Assembly: GCA_030390025.1 (NCBI GenBank)
Contig: CM059438.1
Coordinates: forward strand, 64,916,001 to 64,980,000
Direction of reading: 5' to 3'
From: Squalus acanthias
Taxonomy: Eukaryota
DNA length: 64,000 nt
The number at the start of each line of letters is the position of its first letter. The stretch's first letter is position 1. The position numbers and the translations under genes are program-made. Below, piece after piece: positions 34,818 through 47,500 of the stretch. The notes under the pieces were generated by a model. The model made no database searches, was not told the origin of the DNA, and saw only the letters and a list, made by a program, of their open reading frames with translations.

Positions 34818-35577
34818 GGGCCAGAAATTCAGCTTTCAGGCTTCCTGCGGGTGCAAGCACCGCACTCTTACTTGCCTACCGCGCCTGCAGTTGTGCTTTG
34901 GGCCCACGAGGACTTCGGGTCCTGGGCCTCCTGCAGCTGCCGGCGCGCAGTGCTTGCGTATCCCAGGGGCGCAGTTAGTTCGAAGCGTCCCCTGGGATCA
35001 CGTGGGCCATGGAGAGCCAATCCTAGCAGGGCATTTTCATTCATAGATTTGACAGGAAGACCTGTCAAATCTATGAATAAAGATCGGCCCCAAAACTACA
35101 CTTAAACTTCAAATACATTTAAAAAAACATCACATTTATAAAATAATTATAGTTAAATAAATTAATCACTTTGAACAAAAATTTAAATTTTTGAAAAAAT
35201 TAAAATACTTTTTAACAGTGCTAAAAATAAACTTACCTTTCTTTAAAGTATCTAAAAAAGATAAACCTGTTGAAAATTTTTTGAAATTGTAATTAATTAA
35301 CCACTTACCTTGTTAAAAACAGGCCTTGCGCCTCCTTTTTAAAAGCGCAGCTTCCTCATACTTACCTTCCTGGAGAAACCTGAAAAAAATCGAAGTTCAC
35401 TGCGTGTGCGCAGCCTCTCCCGCGCACGCGTTCGACTTCTGAACCTCTCCCTTCAGGGGAACAGAAGTTCCGGTTTCCCGCGCATGCGCAGTGCATGCAG
35501 GAAAACCGGCACTTCAGATGGCCTTACGGGTGAGTGCACAGCGCGTACTCACCCGACAACAGCCGAATTTCTGGCCC
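34818..35577. mobile_element. Harbinger-type MITE, family A copy 3 (inverted)
   Basis: Perfect TIR GGGCCAGAAATTC / GAATTTCTGGCCC; TSD CTT. Confidence 0.92.
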
Positions 35578-36113
35578 CTTGTGTTCAGGATTCATCAAAC
35601 CTTTCAACTTTGCAGAAATCACCTGGTTGTTGGATCGGAGGATCCAACAGTCAGTCTGTGATATCTACAATGGAGATGTCGGGACTCCGGCTCCACAGCG
35701 GCTGAAGGCTGTAGGCAGAAACAAAGGTAAGTGAACATTTTCTAACACTTTACACTCACCTTACATACTTACCACTCCACACTAGCACACATCATTCACC
35801 TCTACATTGCACTTTCAGACCCCTCCGACCCCCTCCGACCTCCTACTCAGCTCCTCCACCCTGGCAGGGTTCCCCGAGGTCGGGAAGCCTGCACATCGAA
35901 ATGAAAAATCCTATTTTCTATATACAGTTAATAGGCTTTAATCCCTTTCCTGCCTCGAGGAGACGGGACCCAGGGCAGGACGGCTTCCCGCCTCCTGGCA
36001 AGAGGGCACAGAGGCGGGATGGGGGCGGGTTTGCCAGCCACCCCCAAATTCCGCAACTTTACCGGCAGTCCTGCCTCCATACCCGCCTCCTCGGGGATGA
36101 CAAAATCCAGCCC

Positions 36114-36540
36114 ATAGAATCATAGAATGGTTACAGCACAGAAGGAGATCATTCGGCCCGTCGAGCCCGTGCCGGCTCTCTGCAAGAGTACTTCAGCTAG
36201 TCCCACTCCCCCGCCCTTTCCCCGTAGCCCTGCAGTTTTTTGTCCTTCAGGTACTTATCCAATTCCCTTTTGAAAGCCGCGATTGAGTCTGCCTCCACCA
36301 CCCTTTCAGGCAGTGCATTCCAGATCCTAACCACTCGCTGCGTAAAAAAGTTTTCCCTCATGTTGCCTTTGGTTCTTCTGCCAATCACCTTAAATCTGTT
36401 AAGATGATTGGCAGGAGAAAGTTAGAGCTGGTTTGAAATGATGCAAGGTGCCTGCTTTGGAGCTATTTAAGATCAGCTATGATCTCATTGAATGGAAGAA
36501 CAGGCTCGAGGGGCTGAATGGCCTACTCCTGTTCCTATGC
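36114..36540. mobile_element. Two CR1 3' fragments in opposite orientation (36114-36398 minus; ~36470-36540 plus)
   Basis: ORF 36197-36388 contains FFTQRVVRIWNALP; CR1 3' stem-loop GAATGGCCTACTCCTG. Confidence 0.8.
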
Positions 36541-36644
36541 CCGCATATATTTAATAAAGCCTGGATTAGCTGTCAGAGATTCTTTTAACGTTGTGCTAAT
36601 TGTTAATTACTGCCAATGAACCTCTCTAGCACCGTAAATTAACG

Positions 36645-36850
36645 AAACCTCTCCGCCTCTCTACCTCTCTTTCCTCCTTTAAGACGCTCCTTAAAACCTA
36701 CCTCTTTGACTAAGCTTTTGGTCACCTGCCCTTATTTATCCTTATGTGGATCGCTGTCAAATTTGTTGTCTTAAAATACTCTTGTGCAGTGCCTTGGGAT
36801 GTTTTACTACGTTAAAGGCGCTATATAAATACACGTTATTGTTGTTGTGT
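36645..36850 (+). mobile_element. L2 3' tail fragment inserted in the family F MITE
   Basis: Near-identical to 58513-58718; (GTT)n tail. Confidence 0.85.
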
Positions 36851-39235
36851 TGTATTACAAGTGTGGAATCTCATTCCTTCAGGTTTTAATTGTTGTTGGA
36901 TATTTAAAAATTTTAAATTGAAAATGAAAACTTTAACTTCTTTCTTGCTGTCTCATTTCTCTCTCCCTTCGTCCAATCTTTCTTTCATTCTCTTTATTTC
37001 TCTTTCTGCACCTGATTTGGCATTGAATTCACCCACTCTAATTTCCACTTCATTCTCAGCCCTGGTGCTGTTTATTTCACAGTCCTTCAATCTGGTTGGT
37101 TAAGGAGTTACACAGTTGCTCACCCTATTCACTCAGGTTCCAGATGCTCTGTTTCCCTCACACTCCCAGCAACTTGAGGTGCAAAATATCATCAAGGTTA
37201 AATGGGCAAGGGCAAGTCTAACTCACGGCAGACGCCGTTAGATTCACTCCGACAGCAAATTATGGCCCATTATTACGCAGCTTTGCAACAGTATAGCTCC
37301 TGATTAAGAAACTTCAGTTACAAGAATCAGTCTGAGCTACTTAACTAACCCCTACAGCATTTCAGTGTTAATGAATCTCTGTCTTATTAAATCCTCCCGA
37401 GTCTGTGTAACTGATACCTTTTGTGATATTTTTTCAAATGGCCAAATACACATCTTGCCTGCTTTTTTCACCTCGGATCATTCACTCAGGTGTCGATTTA
37501 TAATGAGGTATTTACTTGCTCTGCCAAAAAGGCAACTTGTTGGGAAAGGGGTGAAGGATTGCCTGAACATTAGGAAGAGGTTCAGAGTTAATTAGATGAA
37601 GTACCCTTTCTGCGGTGTCAAGGATTCAATACAATCAGAGACTGCTGTGGCTCGGACTGAGCTTAAACGTGCTGGTGGATGACTGCTACTGTGTGAAGAT
37701 TTCCATCCATCATGACTGGGTCAATAGGAATGGTTGCATTGGAAAGCTTAGCCCACAGCCAATGACTTGTAGACTTCACTCCTTACTGTCCTTGAGTGAA
37801 ATGCAAAATCTCCTTCCTGATATGGTCCCAATGGCAGCTAAAGATTTTCTCAAGAATCTTTCCTGTTCACGAACGGCTGGTTTCAAAGGCATGGTTGCCA
37901 CAGGAGGGAGTGAGTTCAGTTTATTTCTCAAAATCAAACGCATCTTTCAGGCCGAGACTGTGGTGGGTTATTAAGTGGAAATTCCCTCCAATGTAATTTT
38001 CAAAATTGTGTTCTTCAATCTCTGTTCATTTAGTAATAGTGCCCATGAGCAAAAACAAGAACATGAAGTGATTTGAAAGCGGGATTATTTCATCTTGCAG
38101 TTTTGATTATGAGTCATATAAAATGGCCAAGTACAAATTTACCATTATAGAAACCAGAAAAAAAATCTGTGAATTCTGAAGATAAAACATTAGAAAATAT
38201 ACTATAGATAGATATTTTCTTATTTAGAAAGAACTTGTATTTACATAATGACTTGTCACCTCCTCAGGACATCCCAAAATGCTTCCGTTTTTGAAGTGCT
38301 CTGCAGAGAAATACAGCAATCAATTTGTGCAGAGCAAAATCTCACAATCAGCAAATGAAGATTGGCCAGTTCATCTGTTTGTTTAGTGCTGTTGATTGAG
38401 GGGGAAATATCACCAGGATATTGAGAGGCCAACCCATTCTTATTTCAATAATGCTGTGAGCTTTAATGTCCACCTAAACAGGCTGATTGTCCCAACACCT
38501 CAATTGACAGCGCAGTGCTCCCTCACGTCTACACTGAATTATCAGCCTAAATTATTGGGCCAGATTTGTTGGAGCCGGGCTCTGTTTCTAGATTTTTTTC
38601 CTCACCCTCCAGGTGAATGGCGGGACCAACAGTCTATCTCATTAACCAATGAGATTTAAGGATAGAGAAAGAAACAGAGAGGAACAAAGGAGAAGGAAAT
38701 AGGGTGAATTAGAGTCCAATTAGAAACAGAATGGGAAACAAAGGCCGCGATTTTGCCGGCGCTCAGAAGGCGGGTTTGGAGGCGGATCAGAGGTTAAAGT
38801 CGTTTTGAGTGACGGCGGGTTCGGAACTGGGAGTCCCGATCAAACCCGACACCAAGGGGCGGGAGAGGCACTTAAGGCAGTTAACAGCTTGTTAACTGCC
38901 TACATAATCCCATTTTACCAGGCTCTGCCCATTTTACGACATTTTCAGCGTGTTACGCGTCATGCGCCAAACACGCCAGCTGATTGTGCCGGGTTCAGCA
39001 ACTACCTGATCTTGACAGCTGCACCTGCAGCATAAAAACGGACCTGTAACATGGCTCACTTTCAGATGCCAGAACTTTGTGTTTTGAGGTGTTGGAACAC
39101 ATTTTGCAGGTCTATTCAGCTTGTAAGTTTTTAAGCTGAGATCCATATGCACTGTGACCTCCTTGGAAAACCCTCTCCCCACATTGACTGAGTGCTTATA
39201 ACATCTATTCCTCAACTGAGATATATACCAGTGGA

Positions 39236-40320
39236 ATGGGAACCATTTATACCCTCTCAATCTGGTCCTCAGAATCAGAGGAAGAGCAGCCGCGGCAGCA
39301 GCAGAACCAGGCACAACAGCAGCAGCAACAACAGGAGCGCCAACCTCCTGCTCAGCCACCTGATGCTGCACAGGGCAGAGGGCATCAGTGCAGGGCTGCA
39401 CCGCGCCGCAGGAGATACCCCCAACACAGGGTTTACAGGCTGAGGATGAGCTTCCTCAACATGAGTGAGCAGCAATGCCAAAGGAGGCTGAGACTTTCGC
39501 AAGAGGTAGTCGCTGACATCTGCGTAATGCTGCACCAACACCTGGAACCCAGAGGAGCGGGTGGACACTCCTTACCAGTGGCTGTCAAAGTCACCACTGC
39601 CCTCAATTTTTTTGCTTCAGTGTCCTTCCAGGGATCATCAGCAGACATCAGCGGCATCTCCCAGTCGGCCGCACACACTTGCATCATGCAGGTTACAGAT
39701 GCCCTCTTTGCAAAGGCGCTCAATTACATCCGCTTCTCCACGGATCAAGCAAGTGTAACCGTGTGTGCAGTTGGCTTTGCAAATATGGCATGCTTGCAAA
39801 GGGTGCAGGGCATCGTAGACTGCACACATGTGGCTATTAGGGCACCCCATCACAACCCAGTTGTATTTGTCAACTGCAAGGGCTTCCACTCCCTTAACGT
39901 CCAGCAGGTGTGTAACCACAGGAAGATCATTATGCATGTTTGCACCAAGTTCCCTGGCAGTTGCCATGACTTGTTCATCCTGCGGCAGTCTACTGTGCCT
40001 CAGCTGTTCAATCCGCCAACCTAGCTTTCCAGATGATTACTTGGAGACAAGGGCTATCCCCTGAAGACGTGGCTATTGACGCCGTTGAGGAGCCCATCAA
40101 ATGAAGCTAAGGAGCGCTACAATGCGAGCCACATTTCCACCAGAGGCATCATCGAGCAAACCACCGGCTTGCTCAAAATGCGATTCAGATGCCTCGACAG
40201 ATCAGGTGGAGACCGACAGGACTCACCAGCCAAGGTCTCCAGAATCATTGTCGTCTGCTGTGCCCTGCACAACATCGCACAGCAGGTTCCTGAGGAACAA
40301 GTGGCTCAGTGCACAGCCAC
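39236..40320 (+). pseudogene. Harbinger DDE transposase with a premature stop at 40022 and a lost C-terminus
   Basis: [27 protein letters not shown] and [16 protein letters not shown] motifs; clearly homologous to 33036-34264. Confidence 0.95.
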
Positions 40321-40321
40321 C

Positions 40322-41046
40322 TCCCCTCACCATCCCCCACTTCCAGATCCTCAGCACCTCCGATGATGTCGAGAGCAGCCTCCTCAGCGGTGGTCAAGTG
40401 GGCAATCGAAGGTGGCCCTCCTCCTGTCCTGCCCCTCTCCCTCTTATTGTGGGTTCTCTTTTCCTGCAATGAGGGACACAAGTGGAGTTTGCGTGAGAAT
40501 GTTGGAGTGAGTGTAGAGAATCCATAGCATAGATGCTTAGAGGGAGACAAAGATGGAGTGAGGTGCCAATACCAAGGGCCCTCCCTGTGCATTGTTAGTT
40601 GCTGTCATTGCATAACAGTGATAGCGAGTGTGAGGGGTGCATTGTAGAATGGGGAAGTGATTCTGTACATAGATAGGGAGGGATGGTTAAGGGTGCAAGG
40701 AATGTAAGGGTAAAGTGGGATGTGGAGGAGTAGGTTGACAATGCAAAATGCTGGTGATGAGAGGAGATGGGGAGCAGATTGAAGGTAAGTGTGTTGTTAT
40801 ATTCACTTTTGCTGTGCGTAGCAGGTCATTGAACCTTTTCCTGCACTGAACCCAGGTGCGTGAGCACAAAGACCTGGCGCTCACCTCCTCAGCAATTTGC
40901 AGCCAGGCTGCTTTGGTTTGCTGAGGAGGCTTCCTCCGTCTGGTTGAGGGGTGCAGTACCTCCTGGCGTCCTCTCACTCCCTCCACAAGAGCATGGAGGG
41001 AGTCATCATCGAATCTTGGAGATGCCGTTGGTCTTGAAGCCGTCAT
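40322..41046 (-). pseudogene. Harbinger Myb/SANT gene: exon 1 (41046-40807) and partial exon 2 (40463-~40322)
   Basis: Open 240-bp exon 1 MTASRPTASPRFDDDSLHALVEG..AAWLQIAEEV..RTWVQCRKRFNDL, same length as exon 1 of the 30790 copy; exon 3 deleted. Confidence 0.88.
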
Positions 41047-42984
41047 TTCGATATGTGCCACACCGAGAAGCAGCAGAATGAACAACAACAAGGCTGCATG
41101 GGCCCCTTAAATGCAGCTGGATGAAAGACATCAGCAGAGGCAATCAGCAGACCCGAACCCACTGATTGGGCCGGGTAGCGCGCACGATCGGGCTTAATCA
41201 GCCCACTTAAGCCAAAATCGTTATTTCAGAGCGGATTAAACTGGCAGCGCGACCGGAACCCACCGAACATCGAACCCGACTCCAACCTGCCACCGCTCGG
41301 AAAATTGCGGCCAGAGAGAGGGAAAGAAAGATCGGATTAAGAGCGAGAGAAAAAAGAGACAGAAAGGAAAAAGAAGATTTTTTTAAATTCTAAAAACCTC
41401 CCGTAGGAACAATTTACTACCTGTAGGAATGAAAGTCCACAGTTCCAATTGTTCCCTTTCTGGGCCGGCGAGGTTGATTGGCATTGCAGGAACATAAATC
41501 TCGTCATTAAAAGCTTCCTCGCATTGTTCAGTACCAGCACATCTTTCTGCGGCGAGTTTAGTGGGTAATTAACGTGCAAATGCTGCAATTTCCTGATACT
41601 AACTGGGAGGTTGAGGGCGAGCTCTCATTTTTGCGAGGCTAACAGTGGAGTGTCGCAAATCATCCAGCAACTTATGTGATTCGCAATGCATGATGTATCT
41701 CTTCCTGACTACGAGTTGCTGGTGATTTTTTACACACTAATAACGGTGTGTGCATTAAGCTCACTGTCATTTTCCCATCAAATTCTGGGCCATTATATAC
41801 TCAACTCCTGGACTGAGGCTTAAACCCACAGCTTTCTGACTCAGCAGCAATATCGCTGCCAACTGAACCAAGCTGATGCTTGGCAAGTATTGTTCTGTAT
41901 ATGCTCTGACTATACCAAATAATTCTAATTTTATTTACTTTTTTAGTGCATTCTAGTACGTGACGTGTTAAAGATAAGGTAAGATTCTGGACAGAAAGTG
42001 GGGGAAAAATGTGCCAGTACCATCAGCATCTGAAAGAAAATGCAGGTTAAGTTCTTGAGTAGGACCCTTCATCTCTTGATTAAGTTCTGAGGAAGTGTCC
42101 CATTCGAATCATTAACTATTGCTGCTCATTCCCAGCAGCTTCTCTTCTAGTTCAGCTTTGTGGCATTTCCATCCTTTTTTAAACTCCAGGCAGGGACACA
42201 CGCTTGACAGAAGAAACCAAAGATTTCACCCAGTGACTGACTGACTGACTCTTCTAACTATTGCTCCTGCTGCAGCAAGGAGCCATTGTAATTCACTTGA
42301 TGCTGCAGTATTGGGAATTAGGGGTCCTTCAAAGCCATTGAAAGAGCCTGCATCACTCAAGGCTGTCGGTGAGATACTTTCACAGAAACAAATTGTCATG
42401 TCAACAACAGGGAAAACGGGAAACTCTTAGAATAATATTTGATCTGATTTTGTTTTAAGTAAATCTCTGTCTGTGACTGGGAGACAATTACCAGAGGAAA
42501 TTCAATAACCTTACCAAATCTATTTTACTAGTTTTTGCAATGACATTTGCTGTATATTTAAGTTGGAGAATAACTGGAGGCTGATAAATAATTTAGAAGA
42601 AAATTAATCAGATTGCCTTGTATTCTTTGTTCTGGAGTATCCTTTTTAATGATGCCAATTTATATTCTAACTGAACACTTTAATTAGCCATCAGTTGTTG
42701 CAAAGTTTCCATCTGCAATTTTTCTGAAGTGTACAGAATAACTTATCACCTAGAATAAATGGAGACAGAGAGGGAGACACTATTGAAGACACAACTTGAT
42801 AATACCATTACTACCTGCTGTTTATAATGAGCATATCACAGCCCCTGTAAGAAAAGGTATAATCATCCTTTGGTAGCTACTCCTCTCATGGCCTTCCTCC
42901 ACTTTGCTCTGGAATCCTTTCCAGCCCTACATTGCAAGATGCACTCTCTGCTCTTATGACTCGAGTCTGTTCTGCATCTGGTAT

Positions 42985-43347
42985 AGATGCATTTAAGGGG
43001 AGGCTGGACAAGCATATTAGGGAGCAGGGAATAGAGGGTTACGCTGATAGAGTTAGATGAGGAAGGAGGCTTGAGTGGAGCATAAATGCTGGCACGGACT
43101 GGTTGGGCCAAATGGCCTGTTTCTGTGCCGTATATCCTATGTAATGCTATGTAATCTTCTCCTCCCCTCCTCCACTCCAGGCTAAAGGGATCACTTAAGG
43201 CTAAAGGGATCAAGGGATATGGGGAGAAAGCAGGGACAGGTTACTGAATTTGGATGATCAGCCATGATCTCATTAAATGGCGGAGCAGGCTCGAGGGGCC
43301 AAATGGCCTATTCCTGCTCCTATCTTCTATGTTTCTATGTTTCTATG
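42985..43347 (+). mobile_element. Two short CR1 3' tail fragments (42985-43155 and 43196-43347)
   Basis: CR1 3' stem-loop sequences; the second ends in (TTCTATGT)3. Confidence 0.8.
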
Positions 43348-44019
43348 CTTCCACCATCAGCGGCGGAACCCAAAGTCACAATATCCCTCGACTCTGAAAC
43401 TGCCCTTCTCAAATTCTTGACTTTGTTGCCTCTTTCCTCTCCTACAAAACACTCACCAAAATTATCTTTTCAACTGTATGTTGGCCACTTACCCTAACTT
43501 CTATCCAACTGCCCGCTCCTCCTATAAAGCATTCACGAGGTTGCATTACATAAAAGGGACGATCTAAATTTAAAGTTGTTTTTGGCAGCAATTTAAAAAA
43601 ATGCATCATTCCTTGTGAACCATTTGCACAGATACATCACCGCTTGGTAACGTTTATACAGATTAGCGGAGAATCTCAGTTTCAGGCTTTTGATCGAAAC
43701 CAAGCAGCAAATAACCCATGTTGCTATGGGTACCACCTTTTACCAAGTCCAAACTGAACAGGAACCAAATCTGGGGTGGCGAGGATCGTCACTTGAGTTT
43801 CTGTGGTTTCTTTGTTGTTCACGAAAATGTAATTGAAAATGTAACTCCACATCTTGAGACACAAAGTAAGTAGAAAACCTATCTTTTATGAAGAGTTTTC
43901 TGATGTCTACTTTTCTGGACTACCCAGTGAAAAAACTGGATTGTCTAGTGTAAAACCAGATATGTTTAGATGAATGGTTGCACATTCTTGGTGTCTGCAA
44001 TAGTACTTACTAATAAGGA

Positions 44020-44375
44020 AAGAACGAGCTAGCATTTATAGTCACTGTTGTAATGTAGGAAAACACGGCAGACAATTTGCACACAGCAAGGTCCCACAAA
44101 GAACAATGAGACAATGACCAGATCATCTGTTCTTAGTCATGCTGGTTGAAGGATAAATATTGACCAGGACACTGGGAGAACTCTCCTGCTCTTCTTTGAC
44201 CAGTGCCATGGGATCTTTTACATCCACCTGAGAGAGCAGATGGGGTCTCGGTTTAACGTCTCATTTGAAAGACGGCACCTCCGACCGTGCAGCACTCCCT
44301 CAGTACTGCGCTGGAGAGTCAGCCTAGATTATATGCTCTAGTCTCTGGAGTGAGACTAGAACCCATCTGACTTAA
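44020..44375 (-). mobile_element. DeuSINE copy
   Basis: Homologous to the reverse complement of 25289-25735, including the Deu-domain GTTTAACGTCTCATTTGAAAGACGGCACC. Confidence 0.85.
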
Positions 44376-44460
44376 AGGTGTCATTTAGATTTATTTATTT
44401 AGCTGCAGTTTTTCAATGTTGGTCCAGTCCATTACCGTGTCTTCTTTACAACAGTGACTA

Positions 44461-44593
44461 GGCATCAAGGGATCTGGCGATAGGGCCGGTGAATGGAGTT
44501 GTGGCAGAAGATCAGCCATCATCTCATTGAATGGCGGAGCAGGCTCAAAGGGCCGAATGGCCTACTCCTGCTCCTATTTCTTATGTTCTTATG
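44461..44593 (+). mobile_element. CR1 3' tail fragment
   Basis: GATCAGCC..GAATGGCCTACTCCTGCTCC followed by (TTCTTATG)2. Confidence 0.85.
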
Positions 44594-47500
44594 TTTATTA
44601 CATAACAGTAACTTTTATATATCCAGACAACAGCAACTATTCCTGCTGCTTCCTTCACCAGGTAGATCATCAGCAGTTGTCAGGCCACATTGTAGTTTTG
44701 ACCTCTACAACAATACGGCAAAACCTGGGGGACCAGTTAGCAGGATTCTTCGCCATTATCATTCCGTACTCTTGCGCACTCAATCTCGCCCCAAATTCTT
44801 GCTCATGTAATGAAAAGTCCACCCCACTGCCTCTTATCACTTCACTAAATCTTCATATTGCAAGTCATGCTTCCTCTCATTCCACCCCCCAGCCTTCTTA
44901 TGAATTTCCTTACTCTTGTCTCTCAAATCTCCTAATAGGCCACCTCAATGGTTGTCTTAATTCTGGGAAATGAAACCTGTCAAATAACTGATGTGTGTAC
45001 AGTTGTGGGCACCCCATTTTGGAAACGATATTAAAGCTATAGAGACCATACAGTATAGATACAAAGGATGATGCCAGGGATGGAAAGCTATACTTATGAA
45101 GAGAGCCTTGGGATATTGACTGGAATTTTAATATGGAGGCGGGTTGGGAGTGGGGCGGGTGGGGCTAGAAAGAGGTCAGGAATCCCAGGAAAACAGGTTT
45201 CCTGCAGGTCCTGCCGAATTTAATGGCAGGGCCAGATTTGCATTTCAAACCTCTGTTTCCCACCCGCAGCCAGCCAGATGGAGAAGCTGACTGGCTGCAG
45301 GCAGATAAGCCTGCGGCACTAGGCCATAGAGGGACTGGAGGGGGGAATCTCGTGGGGGCAGGTGGGTGGTCAGAGGCCAGAGAAGGATCGGGGGGGAGGG
45401 GGTAGTGGAAGGATCGGGGCCAGAGCATCGGGGCAGGGGGTGGAAGGATCGGGGCCGGATCATCAGCGGGTAGGTTTGACACAGAGACTGTTGTGTCTTT
45501 TAAGGGAAAATTGGATAAATATCTGAAGCAGAGGAAGATGCAAAATTATAGCGAGCAAGTGGAGCAGTGTAATTAAATTCAGATTGATCTGGCAAAGAGC
45601 CGACTGTCCAAATGACTCCTTCTGTGCTGTAAATTTCTATGATTCACCTTGTGCTCCCACCCTGTGTCTCTGCATGAACTATTAAGTATGCAAGTTGCAT
45701 CTATGCATATTGATGTTTTGAGGACGTCGGTCACACTTCAGACATCAAACTTTTCAAATTCCCCGTGGTTGCCAGCGTCCCTCCGTTACATCCCTCAAGG
45801 TCTTAATTTTCAGCCCAGGCAGTGAGTGTTGGCAAGCTATTTGACTCCGGAGTGCATCACAGCCAAGCTCTATTATGGCCTCACTCAAGATGGAAAACAG
45901 CTTAGTTCCCAGCAGGAGTCACTAAATAAGGATCTGGAGGGCAAGTTCTGTCTAATTTCTCCCCTTTCTAGCCCAGAGCTTCTTCGGTTGATTGTCATGC
46001 CCTCGGTCAGTTTAGCTCAGAATTGAATGTGAATTGAGCTCCTGACCTTGTAGTCTACAAGCTTAGAGCAACATGGATTAGTGTGTTTACCCAAAGCACC
46101 ATCTCGGGAGCTATAGCAATCATGGTTTTGTGAACTCTGACCCCTGAGACTGGATTAGTGAATTGACATCAGTCCAAGATCTGATGGACGCAAACGTCTG
46201 TCAAGAATGAATTCAGAAGAAATCCCATATTTTAACATTTCATATGAATTTGTTAAGGTATGTAACAGATTCATAACTAGACATCTGTTAGCAGCATGTG
46301 ATTATAAAGGAAGGTAAGAAGCACACAGCTCCTGTCCCGTGTATATTTGCCTCTTTCAAAGGGAGATGACTCACTTCTGTTGATGTTGATTGCTTATAGA
46401 CAGTCCACTTTTGGGACAGAACAGTTGGATTTTTTCCTTAGATAATGTATGTGAGTTGGCTACTGTGAGAGTGCGAACCATTATCAGTAATAGCTGTCTC
46501 AGCGGGGGTTCCAAATCTAATTAAGTCCAAATCTGTTTGGCTAACCTCTGTTTGCTGAAGTTATTTACATCTATTTATTTCATCTCTGATCTGCCACTGC
46601 AAGAAGCAATTTAGAATTTTGCTTAAGTGTCTAGAATATATTTTTATCCTTCGTTGTTCCAGCTTGGACATCAAAGAAAGGAGATGAAAATTAGACTGGC
46701 ACCCCACATTCTTCAGTTTCTTATTTCAGGGCTGAAAGAAGCTCCGTGCGGTTCATTTCTCACGGACTGTCCTTCAAAAGTTACTGAAGGCAATTGCAAG
46801 CATTTTGTAGCTTTTTACTGTTTTGGAACTGATTGGGAAATTATGATTTTTTAATTGATAACTTCTGACTCATTCTTCTGTATAATTTTACTTTCAAGAA
46901 ACTTGATATTCTATTTTTAGCCTGAGCTATACAGTCTGTCAGTGTGGTGTTTTCCACCGATGAGAAATCTGGAGGACACGGTGGGCAAGCTGTATCATTT
47001 TGGGTGCAATCTCTAATTTTATAAGGGTTTGTTGTTTGCCCTGTGATGTGATCTCATACGCTTCAAGCATAAGGTCAAGTTTCACTTTAGTGAGGCCTAA
47101 TTTTAAGAACTGTCTTTTTATAGTGACTGTGAGTAATAAGTATTGGGGGGATGTCCAAATTGTACCACACTGTATTGCTGTGAGTAATTTTGACTCTGTT
47201 TTTGCGTCAACAATGACTCTAAAGTTAATGAGGCTTGCAGCCAGTGAATAGATAAACAATGCACACTTTGAAAACCAGGAGGACCGAATTCATCCTCCCC
47301 CTCCCCCAAAAAATGTCCTCAAAATTCCAGCCACAAATATCTCCATAAAGCCAGAATATGAAGGTACAGCAAGCTGGCCAGGTCATATTAATTCCATTTA
47401 TGATATCCAAGCATTTATTGGGAAAATAACTCCGTTATTATTGGGGTGGATACTTTGTGGTGTTGAGATATATTGTCTGGTTGGCTGGTTCTCGAATAGC

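Larger units (their letters stand above)
30250..36113. mobile_element. Family E MITE copy 2 (inverted relative to copy 1), split by two insertions
   Basis: 30250-30509 + 34798-34817 + 35581-36113 join to give the reverse complement of 29034-29876. Right TIR CAAAATCCAGCCC; left TIR clipped. Confidence 0.85.
30010..37268. mobile_element. Family F MITE forming the outer shell of a nested cluster
   Basis: TIRs GGCCCATAATTTACTGTC / GACAGCAAATTATGGCCC; TSD ATT at 30007-30009 and 37269-37271. Its own sequence lies at ~30010-30249 and ~36540-37268. Confidence 0.85.
38743..41312. mobile_element. Internally deleted PIF/Harbinger transposon (2570 bp)
   Basis: TIRs GGCCGCGATTTT / AAAATTGCGGCC; TSD AAA/AGA (one mismatch); contains transposase and Myb remnants. 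Confidence 0.9.
38557..41791. mobile_element. Family F MITE inserted in a minus-strand DeuSINE (~38230-41840) and hosting a Harbinger element
   Basis: TIRs GGGCCAGATTTG / CAAATTCTGGGCC; TSD ATT; the flanks rejoin as SINE sequence. Confidence 0.8.

Noticed and set aside
45118..45480. GC-rich segment starting with a TIR-like GACTGGAATTTT (similar orphan ends at ~47331 and ~58035)
   Set aside because: Probably Harbinger MITE fragments, but no partner TIR or TSD was found, so they were left out of the target-site count.
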